Below, one piece after another: positions 18,795 to 29,931 of a stretch of DNA of 64,000 nt. The notes under the pieces were generated by a model. It was not told the DNA's origin. It did no database searches and worked only from the letters and a program-made list of their open reading frames with translations. The number at the start of each line of letters is the position of its first letter. The first letter of the stretch is position 1. The position numbers and the translations under genes were made by a program. Location: contig JAZDKW010000010.1 of the NCBI GenBank assembly GCA_043802665.1, positions 4,024 through 68,023 on the forward strand, in the 5' to 3' direction. The DNA is from Patescibacteria group bacterium. Lineage in GTDB: Bacteria; Patescibacteriota; Kazan-3B-28; UBA10110.

Positions 18795-20252
18795 TTATTT
18801 ACGGAATTTAGTTAAGAAATTATTGAACAGTTTGATAGCGCTCTGATAGATCTGTTCAACGCGATCAGAGAAAAATAGTGTAGTACCGGGCTGGAATGGA
18901 GTTTCTACCTTACCGCCGGTGGACGGAGCTATCGGGGCAGGTGATGATACCACAGGCGGGACGAGAGGTTGGACTGTTTTCGGTTTAGTGAATAATTCCT
19001 TGAGCGTCTTTTTTTGAACAGTAATTATCCATTGCACCTGACTGCGTCCGCTCATCCAAGCTTTATACTCCGCTACTGGTTTAAAATATTCAGTATATGT
19101 TTTGGCTATCCACGGTGCTTTTATCACAAATTCAAAGCGGCCGATCTCGCCGGGTTTAACTACCTTGTTCACCAAGGCTGGCCGATTATTTTTAATCCAA
19201 GAGTTATGGTAAAACCCGCTTCTGCGATCGCGTTTATTATCCGTTCCCAATCGTACAGGATTGGAGCCATCTTGATACCATGTCGCTGTACCAGTGTTTT
19301 TAAATTCAACCCAAAGCACCGCTTCGTCTCCAACTTTCAGTGTGACATCGGGCGACTGTCCAGTTATCTTCTGTTCCGTTTGCAATGGTATTCCATCCCC
19401 TGGCTTAAGAGAAAATTGGTTAACTAAAGTAGCCTCGTAGGTTTCCACTGTCCCGCCTGTGGTTGGCGGAATAATTTTAGTTTTATCTGTGACAGTAATT
19501 AAATGGCGATAACAATCATACTCCCAAAAACTATTGTACACACACAAACGATACGTCCCCACATTCAGAGTATTAGACAAAAGGTCCATTGTCATAAGAT
19601 TTTGACTGTGAGGTTTTTGAACCGGGAAGATAACCTGGTTCAGTATCACCCAAGCGTAATCTTTGAAACCTAACCCCCTAATAATCAATTCCGTGGCGTC
19701 ATCGTGATAAAAATTCATTGGGCTGATACTATCAATCATCGGGTAAGTGGGTAGATAGCCACCGGGGCCACCAGGTGTTTCTGGAACCGCAGAAATCGTG
19801 AACACAGCATCGCTGCTATCCGTGATCGCCGGAACTGTTACACTGCTAACCCGCACTATGGCAGTGGTAGTAGCTGGAGTAGTAACTGGCCAAGGATAGT
19901 CTCCATCATTAACTGTTGAGGCAATCAAAGTTTCCCAATCGCCACCAACAGTTCTTTGCAACTCAATTTTAATACTCGCTATGCTTCCCGTACTAGTCCA
20001 AGTGATATGTTGGGAAGAATCAACTTGCCAATCTTCCCCTCCATTAGGAGCAGTGACAGTAATTGTACCTACATCTAAAATAATAAAGCTAAGATTGGTG
20101 GTGTCGGTGGCGGCTTTGGTTCCCCAAATCCCTAACATCAAAAGACACACGGCAAGAACCGTGATTAGCTCCTTTTCTATCCACCCCCATAAAATATTTT
20201 TGATGTTTGAGATCTGTTTTAGCATCCGCCTTAGATTATGATATTTAATCAT
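18795..20252 (-). CDS. exported multi-Ig-like domain protein (includes an NBR1-like Ig module)
   Basis: TM/signal segment; VTAPNGGEDW module; KNTGTATW...VRLGT...PGEIGRFEF module shared with 44403-46757. Confidence 0.7.
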   Translation of the reverse strand: MIKYHNLRRMLKQISNIKNILWGWIEKELITVLAVCLLMLGIWGTKAATDTTNLSFIILDVGTITVTAPNGGEDWQVDSSQHITWTSTGSIASIKIELQRTVGGDWETLIASTVNDGDYPWPVTTPATTTAIVRVSSVTVPAITDSSDAVFTISAVPETPGGPGGYLPTYPMIDSISPMNFYHDDATELIIRGLGFKDYAWVILNQVIFPVQKPHSQNLMTMDLLSNTLNVGTYRLCVYNSFWEYDCYRHLITVTDKTKIIPPTTGGTVETYEATLVNQFSLKPGDGIPLQTEQKITGQSPDVTLKVGDEAVLWVEFKNTGTATWYQDGSNPVRLGTDNKRDRRSGFYHNSWIKNNRPALVNKVVKPGEIGRFEFVIKAPWIAKTYTEYFKPVAEYKAWMSGRSQVQWIITVQKKTLKELFTKPKTVQPLVPPVVSSPAPIAPSTGGKVETPFQPGTTLFFSDRVEQIYQSAIKLFNNFLTKFRK

Positions 20253-20286
20253 TATATCATAAATAATCTATTGCGTCAAGCTTCAT

Positions 20287-20838
20287 TCAGGAGACAAATC
20301 GGGATATTTTTAAGTAAAATCGCCACGGTCTTTTCGCATATTGCTTAGCGTAGGCCACTCCCCGCCGATTCGAGCGACCCAACTGCTTTGGTAACATTGC
20401 CCAGCCATCGTCTTCCACCCAAAGTCCGCGGGATTTACCTAATTTCTGACAATTCAAGCGGCGATCAATTTCAAGTTCTCTACATAGCCGGCCCGGCCCG
20501 ATTGGTTTTTGATTAGTCTCGAATAAGGGTTCAACCGAACGAATGAGAACAGCTTCGGCCTCCCCTTCTTCTGCTGTAACTAAATTCAAACAATGATACA
20601 TTCCGTAAATTAAATACACATAGATGTACCCCGCCGGGCCAAACATAATTTCCGTACGACGAGTTTTTCCTTTGGCGGCATGACAAGCTAAATCTTTGGC
20701 TCCACAGTAAGCTTCAACTTCCGTGATGCGATACCGAAAAATACCCCCCGGCAAATGACGTACTAAAACCTTGCCAATCAAAGCAGGGGCAACCAGCAGA
20801 GTCGGCCGAGCAAACCAGTTGGCTTTAAGCATTTTCAT
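20287..20838 (-). CDS. DNA-3-methyladenine glycosylase (MPG/AAG family)
   Basis: ITEVEAY, YVYLIYGMYHCLN, AVLIRS, GPGRLC, PWRFY. Confidence 0.93.
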   Translation of the reverse strand: MKMLKANWFARPTLLVAPALIGKVLVRHLPGGIFRYRITEVEAYCGAKDLACHAAKGKTRRTEIMFGPAGYIYVYLIYGMYHCLNLVTAEEGEAEAVLIRSVEPLFETNQKPIGPGRLCRELEIDRRLNCQKLGKSRGLWVEDDGWAMLPKQLGRSNRRGVAYAKQYAKRPWRFYLKISRFVS

Positions 20839-21808
20839 GCGTGTGCATCTCCGAGGCCACCGGTTGGGTCATATTGTTTCCATTAGTGATAGTGGCAAAA
20901 ATCATTTTACCGGCAATAGTTTGAAAAACTCGCGTGACTAAAACTGTAACGTCTTGCCCAATAAACCGCTGGCCATTTTCTACCACCACCATTGTGCCAT
21001 CCTCTAAGTATCCTACGCCCTGATGCCGATCCTTTCCTTCTTGAATTAATTTAATCTGTAGTTCTTCTCCGGGTAAAACTACTGGCCGCAATGCGTTGTT
21101 CAATTCGTTCACGTTCAACACCATTACATTTTGAATTTGGGCCACCTGATTTAGATTATAATCCACTGTCATCAACCGAGTCCGGCGTTTTTTAGCCAAT
21201 CTAATAATTTTAGCATCTACTTCTAATTCAGTGGGAAAATCATCGTCAATTACAGCTACGGTCACTCCTTTTTCCTTGCGCAATTCCCCTAACACGTCCA
21301 GTCCGCGGCGACCCCGGCTCCGGCGGAGATCATCGGCCGAATCAGCGATATTTTGCAACTCCGTCAGAACAAAGCGCGGCACCAAGAGACGACCCGACAA
21401 AAATCCCGTTCGCACAATCTCTAAGACCCGACCATCAATAATCGCAGAGGTATCTATCAAAATATCTTCAGAGGTTGCTGGTGGCAAGATTTCCCGTTTA
21501 GTAATTGTCGCTAAAAAGCTAAATAAATTGGCAAAGAACTTTATGATTGATTTACGCTGGTTGTAAAAATATGTCGTTACAACCGCGGCGCTAAACACGT
21601 TAATCGCCAGTGGCACCCACTGGCCAAATGGATCCCGTAAGCGAGCCAGCGGTAACGAGATAAGGGTCCCTATCGACAAGCCCAAAATCACACCAGTGAT
21701 GATAATGGCAAAGTCGGCCGATTTAATTCCAATCGACCGCCGTACAAAAATTAAGTACGCAGTTAACAAGACTACAACAATCCCCCCGAGAATTTGTCCT
21801 ACTAACAT
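20825..21808 (-). CDS. membrane PIN/TRAM domain protein (YacL-like)
   Basis: DTSAIIDGR, RGRRGLD, QGVGYLEDGTMVVVE; downstream of clpC. Confidence 0.93.
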   Translation of the reverse strand: MLVGQILGGIVVVLLTAYLIFVRRSIGIKSADFAIIITGVILGLSIGTLISLPLARLRDPFGQWVPLAINVFSAAVVTTYFYNQRKSIIKFFANLFSFLATITKREILPPATSEDILIDTSAIIDGRVLEIVRTGFLSGRLLVPRFVLTELQNIADSADDLRRSRGRRGLDVLGELRKEKGVTVAVIDDDFPTELEVDAKIIRLAKKRRTRLMTVDYNLNQVAQIQNVMVLNVNELNNALRPVVLPGEELQIKLIQEGKDRHQGVGYLEDGTMVVVENGQRFIGQDVTVLVTRVFQTIAGKMIFATITNGNNMTQPVASEMHTHENA

Positions 21809-21861
21809 AGGTGATAAAAAATAATTAAAGATAAATCCCTAAAAATTGTCTAAAGAACAAT

Positions 21862-24363
21862 CTATTTAATTACCTTGGCTTTAGCCTTAACACGTGCTTT
21901 TACGCTACTAATCGCCAATTTTCCTTGTTTAACATCAACTTTTACCGTGCTACCTTTTTTGAAATTGCCATTCAGAATTCCCTCTGCTAACGTGTCTTCA
22001 ACAGTGTTTTGAATGACTCGGCGAATTGGGCGTGCTCCACTATCCGGATCAAAACCTTGATCAGCAATCAATTGGCGAGCAACGAGGCTGACTTCTAAAA
22101 CAATACGTTGAGAAGTTAACCGCTGAGTTAACTGATTTAACTGTAAATCAACGATAGCACGAATATTGTCTTTGCTTAGTGGATGAAACACGATAATCTT
22201 GTCTACCCTGTTGAGAAACTCTGGACGAAAAGTCTTTTTCAAATCATTCATTACCTGATCCTGCAGATTTTGGTATGCAGTAGCGGATTGCTGATCGCTC
22301 TGTCCAAAACCAATCACTGCCTGCCGATTTAACAGGCCAGTGCCCACATTAGAAGTCATAATAACAATAGTATTTTTAAACGATACCCGGCGGCCTTTAG
22401 CGTCAGATAGGAAACCATCTTCTAAAATTTGGAGTAGAATATTCATTACGTCGGGATGCGCTTTTTCCACCTCATCCAAAAGGACTACCGCATAAGGCTT
22501 ACGCCGGATGGCCTCAGTGAGTCGGCCTCCTTCCTCATAGCCGACATAACCAGCCGGTGCTCCGATCAAACGCGCTACATTATGTTTTTCCATAAACTCG
22601 CTCATATCAATCCGGACGAGCGCGCTTTTATCCTTAAATATCTCTTCAGCTAAGGCTTTAGCCAGTTCAGTCTTGCCCACGCCAGTAGGGCCCAGGAACA
22701 TAAACGAACCCATGGGCCGGTCGGGATTGCCAATCTGCACCCGGGAACGCCGGATCGCAGCCGCCACAGCCTTCACCGCCTCGCCCTGTCCGATAATCTT
22801 GTTCTTTAAGGCCTCTTCTAAGTTAGATAGGGTTTGTACTTCTTCGCCGGCTAATTCACCTACGGGAATGTTTGTCCAGAGAGACACTACTTGGGCAATT
22901 TCTTTAGGCGTGACTCGAGGCCAAGTAGTTTTGTTCCCGTTGGCGGATTCTTTTTGGGCAGCTTCAATTCTCTTTTGCAGACGTAATTCCTGGGCACGCA
23001 ACTTAGCCGCTTTCTCGTAATCCTGTGCTTCCACTGCCGCCTCTTTTTCCTTAGCAACATTTTCAATCTGAGTTTTTTCTTCGGAGTTGTTCGCCTGCGT
23101 CAAACCAGCCGCAATCCGCACGGCGGAAGCCGCCTCATCAATTAAATCGATGGCCTTATCTGGCAAGTAGCGATCGTTGATGTAACGAACCGACAACCCC
23201 ACGGCCGCTTCAATGGTATCTACTGGAATAATCACTTTATGGTAACCTTCGTATTTCTCTTTTATACCCATTAAAATTCCGATTGTCTCTTGCGGGGTAG
23301 GCTCGTTTACTAAAATAGGTTGGAAACGACGTTCCAAAGCCGCATCCTTTTCGATATGTTTGCGGTATTCTTCTAAAGTCGTGGCTCCGATCATTTGCAA
23401 ATCCCCTCTGGCTAAAGCCGGTTTTAAAATATTAGCGGCGTCTAAACTTCCCTCTGCGCTACCGGCACCAACCAGTGTGTGTAATTCATCCACAAATAGG
23501 ATTACGTCTTTAGCTTTAGCTACCTCGGCCACAATTTGATTAATCCTTTCTTCGAACTCACCTCGGTATTTGGTGCCAGCCACCATCGCCGAAGGGTTTA
23601 ATACCATGATTCTTTTGCCAGCAATGTTTTCCGGCACTTCCTTATTTACTGTTTTGATTGCCAAACCTTCAACAATGGCAGTTTTTCCGATACCCGGATC
23701 GCCAATGAGTACAGGATTGTTTTTAGTGCGACGATTAAGAATTTGGATAACCCGCTGAATTTCTTTATCCCGCCCTACTATTGGATCCACTTTTCCAGAT
23801 TTGGCTAAGCTTGTTAAATCAATGCTAAAAGTATCTAAAATCGGGGTGCTGGATTTATTCGCCCCCCGAGCCCGACGGCCATCAGCTGTGCGCTCTCCCA
23901 TCGCCACCGTACTCTCTTGCACGCTCGCCTGGACTGCTTCTGCAGCTAATTGGGCTATCTCGGTAGGCGCCGCTCCCAACTCTTGTATTACTTGGAATGC
24001 CTTGGCTTGGTTGTCCTGCATCATTGCTAACAATAAGTGTTCTGTCCCAATGTAGTAACTACCATACTGAGCGGCAATTAACACCGCTGTCTCTACTAAA
24101 CGACGCGCTCCCGGAGTAAGGCCAACTTTGGTAATTATCTCCTCCTTACGCGACAGATTAATCACCATATCTACTTTTTCGGAGCTAACTCCCAAACTAC
24201 CTAAAATCTCAAAAGCTGTCCCGCTTTTGATGTTAAGCATAGCTAAAAGTAGGTGTTCAGTGCCCAAATGAGCCGACCCTAAATCCCGTGCCACCTTCTG
24301 CGCATTCGTGAGAACTTTCTTGGCATTGGTGGTAAATTTATCTAAATAGTTGTTACCATTCAT
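21862..24363 (-). CDS. clpC: ATP-dependent Clp protease ATPase subunit
   Basis: Clp-N repeats, [19 protein letters not shown]-like middle domain. Confidence 0.95.
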   Translation of the reverse strand: MNGNNYLDKFTTNAKKVLTNAQKVARDLGSAHLGTEHLLLAMLNIKSGTAFEILGSLGVSSEKVDMVINLSRKEEIITKVGLTPGARRLVETAVLIAAQYGSYYIGTEHLLLAMMQDNQAKAFQVIQELGAAPTEIAQLAAEAVQASVQESTVAMGERTADGRRARGANKSSTPILDTFSIDLTSLAKSGKVDPIVGRDKEIQRVIQILNRRTKNNPVLIGDPGIGKTAIVEGLAIKTVNKEVPENIAGKRIMVLNPSAMVAGTKYRGEFEERINQIVAEVAKAKDVILFVDELHTLVGAGSAEGSLDAANILKPALARGDLQMIGATTLEEYRKHIEKDAALERRFQPILVNEPTPQETIGILMGIKEKYEGYHKVIIPVDTIEAAVGLSVRYINDRYLPDKAIDLIDEAASAVRIAAGLTQANNSEEKTQIENVAKEKEAAVEAQDYEKAAKLRAQELRLQKRIEAAQKESANGNKTTWPRVTPKEIAQVVSLWTNIPVGELAGEEVQTLSNLEEALKNKIIGQGEAVKAVAAAIRRSRVQIGNPDRPMGSFMFLGPTGVGKTELAKALAEEIFKDKSALVRIDMSEFMEKHNVARLIGAPAGYVGYEEGGRLTEAIRRKPYAVVLLDEVEKAHPDVMNILLQILEDGFLSDAKGRRVSFKNTIVIMTSNVGTGLLNRQAVIGFGQSDQQSATAYQNLQDQVMNDLKKTFRPEFLNRVDKIIVFHPLSKDNIRAIVDLQLNQLTQRLTSQRIVLEVSLVARQLIADQGFDPDSGARPIRRVIQNTVEDTLAEGILNGNFKKGSTVKVDVKQGKLAISSVKARVKAKAKVIK

Positions 24364-24393
24364 AATCTATTTATACCACTTTTAGTAGATGCT

Positions 24394-25644
24394 CTAAGCC
24401 TCTTCCGATGAAGAGGAAGGATTTTCTGGTTCTGTGGCAGAAGGTTCATCCGGAGCAGGAACCGCTTCTTCTGACGTGGGTTCCGAATTGGTCTCTGCGG
24501 AAACTTCCGATATTGCTTCTGACTCGGGACGAACTTCCTCTTTTTCCGAAACTAAAGGAATCTCGGTGTTACCTGTGCTTTCTTGAGCCATTCCCGCCGC
24601 AACGACTGGTGGCATTCCTTCCTTATCAACCTCTATTTGATAACCCGCCAATTTGCTAGCCAAACGTACATTCTGCCCGGACTTACCAATAGCTAAGGAT
24701 AATTGGTCGCTATCCACTCTAATTTTGGCCATTTTAGTTTTCTCGTCCAACTCTACCTCTCGGACTTTGGCTGGTGCTAAAGCATTCACGATAAAAGTTT
24801 TGGGATCGGGATCCCATAATACAATGTCTATTTTCTCATCTCCAATCTCTGCCATAACTGCTTGTACCCGTACTCCCCGACGACCAACCAACGAGCCCAC
24901 CGGATCGATCGCCTCTTGATTGGAAACTACTGCTACTTTCGAGCGGACACCTGCTTCTCTGGCAATAACTTTTAGTTCTACCGTCCCAGCCACAATCTCG
25001 GGCACTTCCATTTCGAACAACCGTCGCACCATATCCGGATGGGCGCGCGACAGGATAACTTGCGGGTCTTTACCGCTGGTCTGCACTTCTACTACATATA
25101 CTTTCAAGCGCTGGCCAACATAGTAGCGATCAGATTTGGATTGCTCGGAAGGAAACAAAATTCCTGATGCCTTGCCAATATCCACCATCACAACATCTCC
25201 TTCAATCCGCTGAATAGTTCCAGAAATAAGCTGGCCTTCTTTTGATTTATATTCCTGATAAATTACATCCCGCTCTGCTTCCCGCAATCTTTGCAAAATT
25301 ACTTGTTTGGCAGTTTGCGCGGCCACACGGCCATATTCGGCTGGAGGGAAAACCTCTTCCCTAATCTCTCCGCCAATCTCAGCATCGGGCTCAATCTTCT
25401 TTGCCTCCTCTAAAGAAATCTCCCGCATTGGCTCTTCTACTGTTTCAACAATTTTATGCACAATAAACAACCGCATCTTCTCGGTCGTGGGATCAATGCT
25501 GGCCGCGATAATTTGTTCTTTTTGGCCAAAATCCTTGCGATAAGCCGCAGCAATCGCCGCTTCTACCGTTTCTAAGATAACTTCTTTGCTAATGCCCTTT
25601 TCATCAGCAATCTGATTGATAGCTGAAATAAATTGTGAATCCAT
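24394..25644 (-). CDS. nusA: transcription termination/antitermination factor NusA
   Basis: GRVAAQTAKQVI, S1 and KH domains, AIGKSGQNVRLA; start taken at MDSQF. Confidence 0.96.
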   Translation of the reverse strand: MDSQFISAINQIADEKGISKEVILETVEAAIAAAYRKDFGQKEQIIAASIDPTTEKMRLFIVHKIVETVEEPMREISLEEAKKIEPDAEIGGEIREEVFPPAEYGRVAAQTAKQVILQRLREAERDVIYQEYKSKEGQLISGTIQRIEGDVVMVDIGKASGILFPSEQSKSDRYYVGQRLKVYVVEVQTSGKDPQVILSRAHPDMVRRLFEMEVPEIVAGTVELKVIAREAGVRSKVAVVSNQEAIDPVGSLVGRRGVRVQAVMAEIGDEKIDIVLWDPDPKTFIVNALAPAKVREVELDEKTKMAKIRVDSDQLSLAIGKSGQNVRLASKLAGYQIEVDKEGMPPVVAAGMAQESTGNTEIPLVSEKEEVRPESEAISEVSAETNSEPTSEEAVPAPDEPSATEPENPSSSSEEA

Positions 25645-25663
25645 GATTACTCCCTTAAGTTTT

Positions 25664-25686
25664 AAAAAAGTGGGCGCACCCACTTC
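25664..25686 (-). promoter_or_regulatory. rimP/nusA-type leader hairpin
   Basis: AAGTGGG-tgcg-CCCACTTTTTT directly upstream of nusA; TTGACA-17-TAAACT further upstream. Confidence 0.65.
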
Positions 25687-25727
25687 CAGACTATTTTTAG
25701 TTTAATATAGTTTTCTCGGGGTGTCAA

Positions 25728-25829
25728 CCCCATTAGAAGTAATGCTCCATTTTGCGCTCGATAATCCAAGGGGGGGGTTAAGTTTCTCTAAAAATTCATT
25801 GTCTGGCAAGAGAGAAACTTCTAACGGGG
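25728..25829. mobile_element. MITE-like element, copy 2
   Basis: CCCCATTAGAAGT / ACTTCTAACGGGG ends with TCAA direct repeats on both sides. Confidence 0.75.
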
Positions 25830-25842
25830 TCAACCGGATCTC

Positions 25843-26196
25843 CTAAAAAGCGTGGGGAATAAAATTAACCTGGTAACAACGCCGTTTCTCATGATAGAGT
25901 ACCTCCACTACCCCAAATGCCACCACCCCCTCATGTTTATTCATCATTAAGTAATACAGGGCAATCTGGCGAAGTTTGGCTTGTTTGGTGGGAGTGACCG
26001 CCTCCGCTGGCCAACCGTAAGCCGTAGTCGTGCGGGTCTTTACTTCAATGAAATATAATATGCCACGATGAAGAGCGATGATATCAACTTCGCCTATAGG
26101 ACAACGGTAGTTAGTTGCCTGGAGGCGAAAACCTTGGGTGACCAGAAACTTCCCCGCTACTTTCTCTCCAACCTGACCTAAGCTTATCGTTAACAA
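25843..26196 (-). CDS. yraN: YraN family endonuclease-like protein
   Basis: LGQVGE..A, NYRC..GEVDII, FIEVKTR. Confidence 0.92.
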   Translation of the reverse strand: MLTISLGQVGEKVAGKFLVTQGFRLQATNYRCPIGEVDIIALHRGILYFIEVKTRTTTAYGWPAEAVTPTKQAKLRQIALYYLMMNKHEGVVAFGVVEVLYHEKRRCYQVNFIPHAF

Positions 26197-26867
26197 GACA
26201 TCTCTAAATTAGCGTGATAAGAAACGGCTTGTTTAATAGGTTGATAGCTTTTACGATGCCACTCACAGATACCAATTTCTTTTAATTTCATTTGGTGGAA
26301 AGGTGTACCATAACCTTTATTAATATGGAAATTATAATGCGGAACCAATAAATGGATTTCCCTCATCATCCGATCTCGGGCTACTTTGGCTACAATTGAA
26401 GCGGCGGCGATAGAAACCGATTTGCGATCGCCATCAATAATACCCTGGGATGGCACTTCAGCAAAACCTACCTTAAATCCATCAACTAAAATATACTGGG
26501 GCGAACAGGACAAATTACCCACCGCTCGGCGCATAGCTAAATAGGTTGCTCGGCCTACTCCTAAATCATCAACTTCACTGGTTTCGGAGATACCAATACC
26601 AATATCCACTGCCAACTGGTAGATCTTTTCCAATAAAAGCTCTCGTTGCAACGGCGTTAGCAGTTTGGAATCATTAATGCCATAGTAATACTTTAAATGC
26701 GGCAGGACAACGGCCGCCGCCACTACCGGACCAGCCCAAGCTCCCCGCCCAGCCTCATCTACCCCCGCAATTGCTAAGTAACCCTCCTTTTGGAGTGTTT
26801 TCTCGACTCTAAGATTGGGAATCTTCTGTTTTCTGGCCAACATTTTCCTTCCCTTGCAGTGTATCAT
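26190..26867 (-). CDS. rnhB: ribonuclease HII (true start may be slightly downstream)
   Basis: [33 protein letters not shown]. Confidence 0.96.
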   Translation of the reverse strand: MIHCKGRKMLARKQKIPNLRVEKTLQKEGYLAIAGVDEAGRGAWAGPVVAAAVVLPHLKYYYGINDSKLLTPLQRELLLEKIYQLAVDIGIGISETSEVDDLGVGRATYLAMRRAVGNLSCSPQYILVDGFKVGFAEVPSQGIIDGDRKSVSIAAASIVAKVARDRMMREIHLLVPHYNFHINKGYGTPFHQMKLKEIGICEWHRKSYQPIKQAVSYHANLEMSC

Positions 26868-27387
26868 CTTTTACCTCTGCGGGGGATTGCTCTTCAACCA
26901 CTTCTGATTCAGTTTCAGTGTTAGTCTGGTCAGCAACGGCGGTTTCCTTTTCTTTTTCCTTCGCGGCCTCAACCGCTTCGGCTAATATCTCTTCTGTGAG
27001 CTCTTCGGGCTCCGCAGTCTTAACCACCAATTGCCACACGTCTTGGTCAATCTTCTTTTCTTTCATCTTAAGAGATTTGCCTGACAAATTGCGTAGATAA
27101 TAAAGCTTGGCCCGACGTATTTCCGACCCTTTTTTGAACTCAATTTTTACCACGCTGGGAGACTGTAGCGGATAAGTTTTTTCCACCCCTACTCCATAGG
27201 AAATTTTACGCACAGTGAAAGTGGCGTTGGGACCAGACTTACCATGGGTTTTGATGACAATACCTTCAAATACCTGGATTCTCTCCTTAGTGCCTTCCTT
27301 GATCTTCTGGTGCACACGGACAATATCTCCCGGGTGAACCTCAGGGAGGTCTTTGGTTTTGACTGATTGTTTTAACATTCCTGCCAT
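26809..27387 (-). CDS. rplS: 50S ribosomal protein L19 with acidic tail
   Basis: [31 protein letters not shown]. Confidence 0.96.
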   Translation of the reverse strand: MAGMLKQSVKTKDLPEVHPGDIVRVHQKIKEGTKERIQVFEGIVIKTHGKSGPNATFTVRKISYGVGVEKTYPLQSPSVVKIEFKKGSEIRRAKLYYLRNLSGKSLKMKEKKIDQDVWQLVVKTAEPEELTEEILAEAVEAAKEKEKETAVADQTNTETESEVVEEQSPAEVKDDTLQGKENVGQKTEDSQS

Positions 27388-27517
27388 AGGAGTTATTATC
27401 TTAATCTCCCGCTATGGTAGCAGAAAAAAAGCTATGAGGCAAGTCCACCAATTAAGCATGAAAATAGGGGTGGATCTCCACCCCTCAAAAAAACAAATGA
27501 ACACCAGTTAAGCCCTG

Positions 27518-27868
27518 CTAACCCCCTTCCGGGAAAAGGTCCTTGACCCGACCTTTGAATCCCTCTTTTAGCAGACACATGTGCCTGCCCCGATGCCGTC
27601 CTCCAGTAATTTTTTTAAGGACGGCCAACCGCTCGACGCTGCTAAGCACTGTTTCGATGTCCCCATCTGGCCATCCTTGTTGGCTCAAACGTTTTTGCAC
27701 CTCAGGCGCAAAAGACTTCGGGTCATCAAATATCCGTCCATTTAGGACACTGTGAAGATGCTTTCGGCGGTCACTGGGTTTAATACTTTTCCCATTAGCT
27801 GGTGTTTCTGACAATTCTCCGCCTCCTTGGAGAAAAAATGATAGATAATGTGCTGGGTGGTTGTTCAC
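27518..27868 (-). CDS. hypothetical protein
   Basis: ORF fills the gap and a hairpin follows at about 27466-27485; no motif recognised. Confidence 0.4.
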   Translation of the reverse strand: MNNHPAHYLSFFLQGGGELSETPANGKSIKPSDRRKHLHSVLNGRIFDDPKSFAPEVQKRLSQQGWPDGDIETVLSSVERLAVLKKITGGRHRGRHMCLLKEGFKGRVKDLFPEGG

Positions 27869-27923
27869 CCTATCAAGCGCATTCTAACAAATAAAAGCAC
27901 TCTGGTAAACAAAATCCCGCCCA

Positions 27924-29897
27924 TTACAACTTATGAGCGGGGTTTAAATCTAAATTACAAGCGTTGGAGACAACTTCGCTGACTTCGTAGTCGAAGTTAA
28001 GCGAAAAATTATCTATCTTGCTGGTTAGGCTGAATAAGTAAATGCCTGGGTTATGATCAATTTCATTGGGAAGTTCCAGGTACAAAGCATATTCATCAGC
28101 TTGATCCAATACAGCCGATTGTAGAGATAAGTTCCGACTGGTTGACCAGCAAAAATTAAAATTGTCCCAAGTAAAGGACTCGCCACTGGTAGCATCTGCA
28201 GGAGTAATCTCAAATGAGATGTTAGACTCCAGCCAGTTAGAAACAATGGACATGCGGTATTTATCTTTCTGGCCAGAAATCGCCACTACTCCACTCACCA
28301 ATCCTCGAGCCAAAAATAATCCTTGGCAATTCGCTAAAACCTTTTTCACCCGAGATAAATCTTTGTTGCGGGCCCGTGGGCTGACAACATACAAATTAGT
28401 GGTGCCGTCACTGGCTTGGGCCACAAAATAAATGCGGCCGAGCAAACCTTTAGTCACCCAGAGTGGTGGACAGATTAGTTTGACATCTTTGACTATGCAA
28501 TATTGCTTTTGCTTGGCAAAACGCCAGGTGCATAGTCCAGCGCCACTCTCGTAAGTCATCCACTCACCGTTAGGCGACCAATCCGCATAGCGGCCAGCAG
28601 TAACTGGTGTCGCTTGGAGGCCTTCGGAGATTCTATAGACAGTCTGTTGACTACTAAAGACTATCGAGTCTCCGTTAGGGGAAAATCGCGGGTATTCACA
28701 TTGTTGGCCCAGGTCAAATTCTTTCACAGTTGACCATTGGTTATTGGCTAATGCCAGATTGCCTTGATGCACATAGGCAAACCGGCACTCAGACAAGTCT
28801 GCCAAGGTAAGATTAATCTCTGGTAGAGTTGGCAGATTGATTTGGGAAAGAGAATTATTATCTGCCTCTGGCAAATTAGGAATCACTTCACTCTCGGCAA
28901 ATTCTGGGCTCAATTGCAGAACCTGATCTAACCACTTTAGGGTAGCTCGGTCTAAAGTCATATCTAACTTTCCCGTAATCAAATCATAGTGGTCGTAATC
29001 CTCCCACACTTGTGTCTGTGCCCCCATGGTGGCTGATGACACCGGGACAACACCGTCACTTTCCTGATCGCTTTTCGAACGCTGGTTCCACTTGCAATGG
29101 GAGATAATCAGAGCTAAACTCTCGGCAAATTTACGGTTACTGCTTTCAAAACCAGTACCCGCCAAAAAATCCGCACCAATATCTCCAATAATATCTAAGA
29201 TATTATATGCCAGTTTGGCTGGAGAACATGGCTTAATCCGTCCAGCGTATAACATTAACTGGCTACGAGATTGGCCCGTCTCGGCATAATTGTTGTGTAG
29301 CCACTCGCTTCCATTTGCCCATTGATCAAGAGAGTTAGACAGGGTCTCTCCAACCTTATTACCCACGATACTTTTTACTGCCGCGTCTCGCACCGATTTA
29401 GTGGCTAAAGGACTCCCCAATACTGGGGCTCCCAATAACACACCACCTTTGACGAGATTGTAGCGTTGATCGAGCAGCCAACAGACTAAGCCACCCTCGC
29501 TATACCCCACCACGGCGATTTTCTTACCGTGCAAAGCAGAGTTAGAACAAATTTGTCGTGCCAAATCTGCGGCAATATCTTCTGGTGATTGCTGAGGATA
29601 ATATCCATACAACCAATATTCAGCCACCTCAGAAGTTGATTTGCCAAACATTTCGTCATGCCCGATAGTTTCAAAATTAGTGATTTTGAAACTAAAGATT
29701 TCTTCCAGTAACTTCCGGTCAGGACCGGTTTCTGGAATATCCAGACGGCGACCGTGCACAAACAAAATTACCTTGTCACTGGAAACCGTTTGCTGAGACC
29801 AGTGATACAATACCCCCGAATAAGAATTCGCTTCGGTGGTTTGGCAGATACATAGCAGAATACCGAACAGAGCGACCAAAACAAGACGACACCTCAC
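27924..29897 (-). CDS. secreted alpha/beta hydrolase fused to a TolB-like beta-propeller
   Basis: Signal peptide; FVHG, GYSEGG nucleophile elbow, DGVVP..SA, DH; PRFSPNG and WSPNG repeats. Confidence 0.8.
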   Translation of the reverse strand: MRCRLVLVALFGILLCICQTTEANSYSGVLYHWSQQTVSSDKVILFVHGRRLDIPETGPDRKLLEEIFSFKITNFETIGHDEMFGKSTSEVAEYWLYGYYPQQSPEDIAADLARQICSNSALHGKKIAVVGYSEGGLVCWLLDQRYNLVKGGVLLGAPVLGSPLATKSVRDAAVKSIVGNKVGETLSNSLDQWANGSEWLHNNYAETGQSRSQLMLYAGRIKPCSPAKLAYNILDIIGDIGADFLAGTGFESSNRKFAESLALIISHCKWNQRSKSDQESDGVVPVSSATMGAQTQVWEDYDHYDLITGKLDMTLDRATLKWLDQVLQLSPEFAESEVIPNLPEADNNSLSQINLPTLPEINLTLADLSECRFAYVHQGNLALANNQWSTVKEFDLGQQCEYPRFSPNGDSIVFSSQQTVYRISEGLQATPVTAGRYADWSPNGEWMTYESGAGLCTWRFAKQKQYCIVKDVKLICPPLWVTKGLLGRIYFVAQASDGTTNLYVVSPRARNKDLSRVKKVLANCQGLFLARGLVSGVVAISGQKDKYRMSIVSNWLESNISFEITPADATSGESFTWDNFNFCWSTSRNLSLQSAVLDQADEYALYLELPNEIDHNPGIYLFSLTSKIDNFSLNFDYEVSEVVSNACNLDLNPAHKL

Positions 29898-29931
29898 TCA
29901 TCATCACCTCCTTATTGTAATTGTTGAGTTT

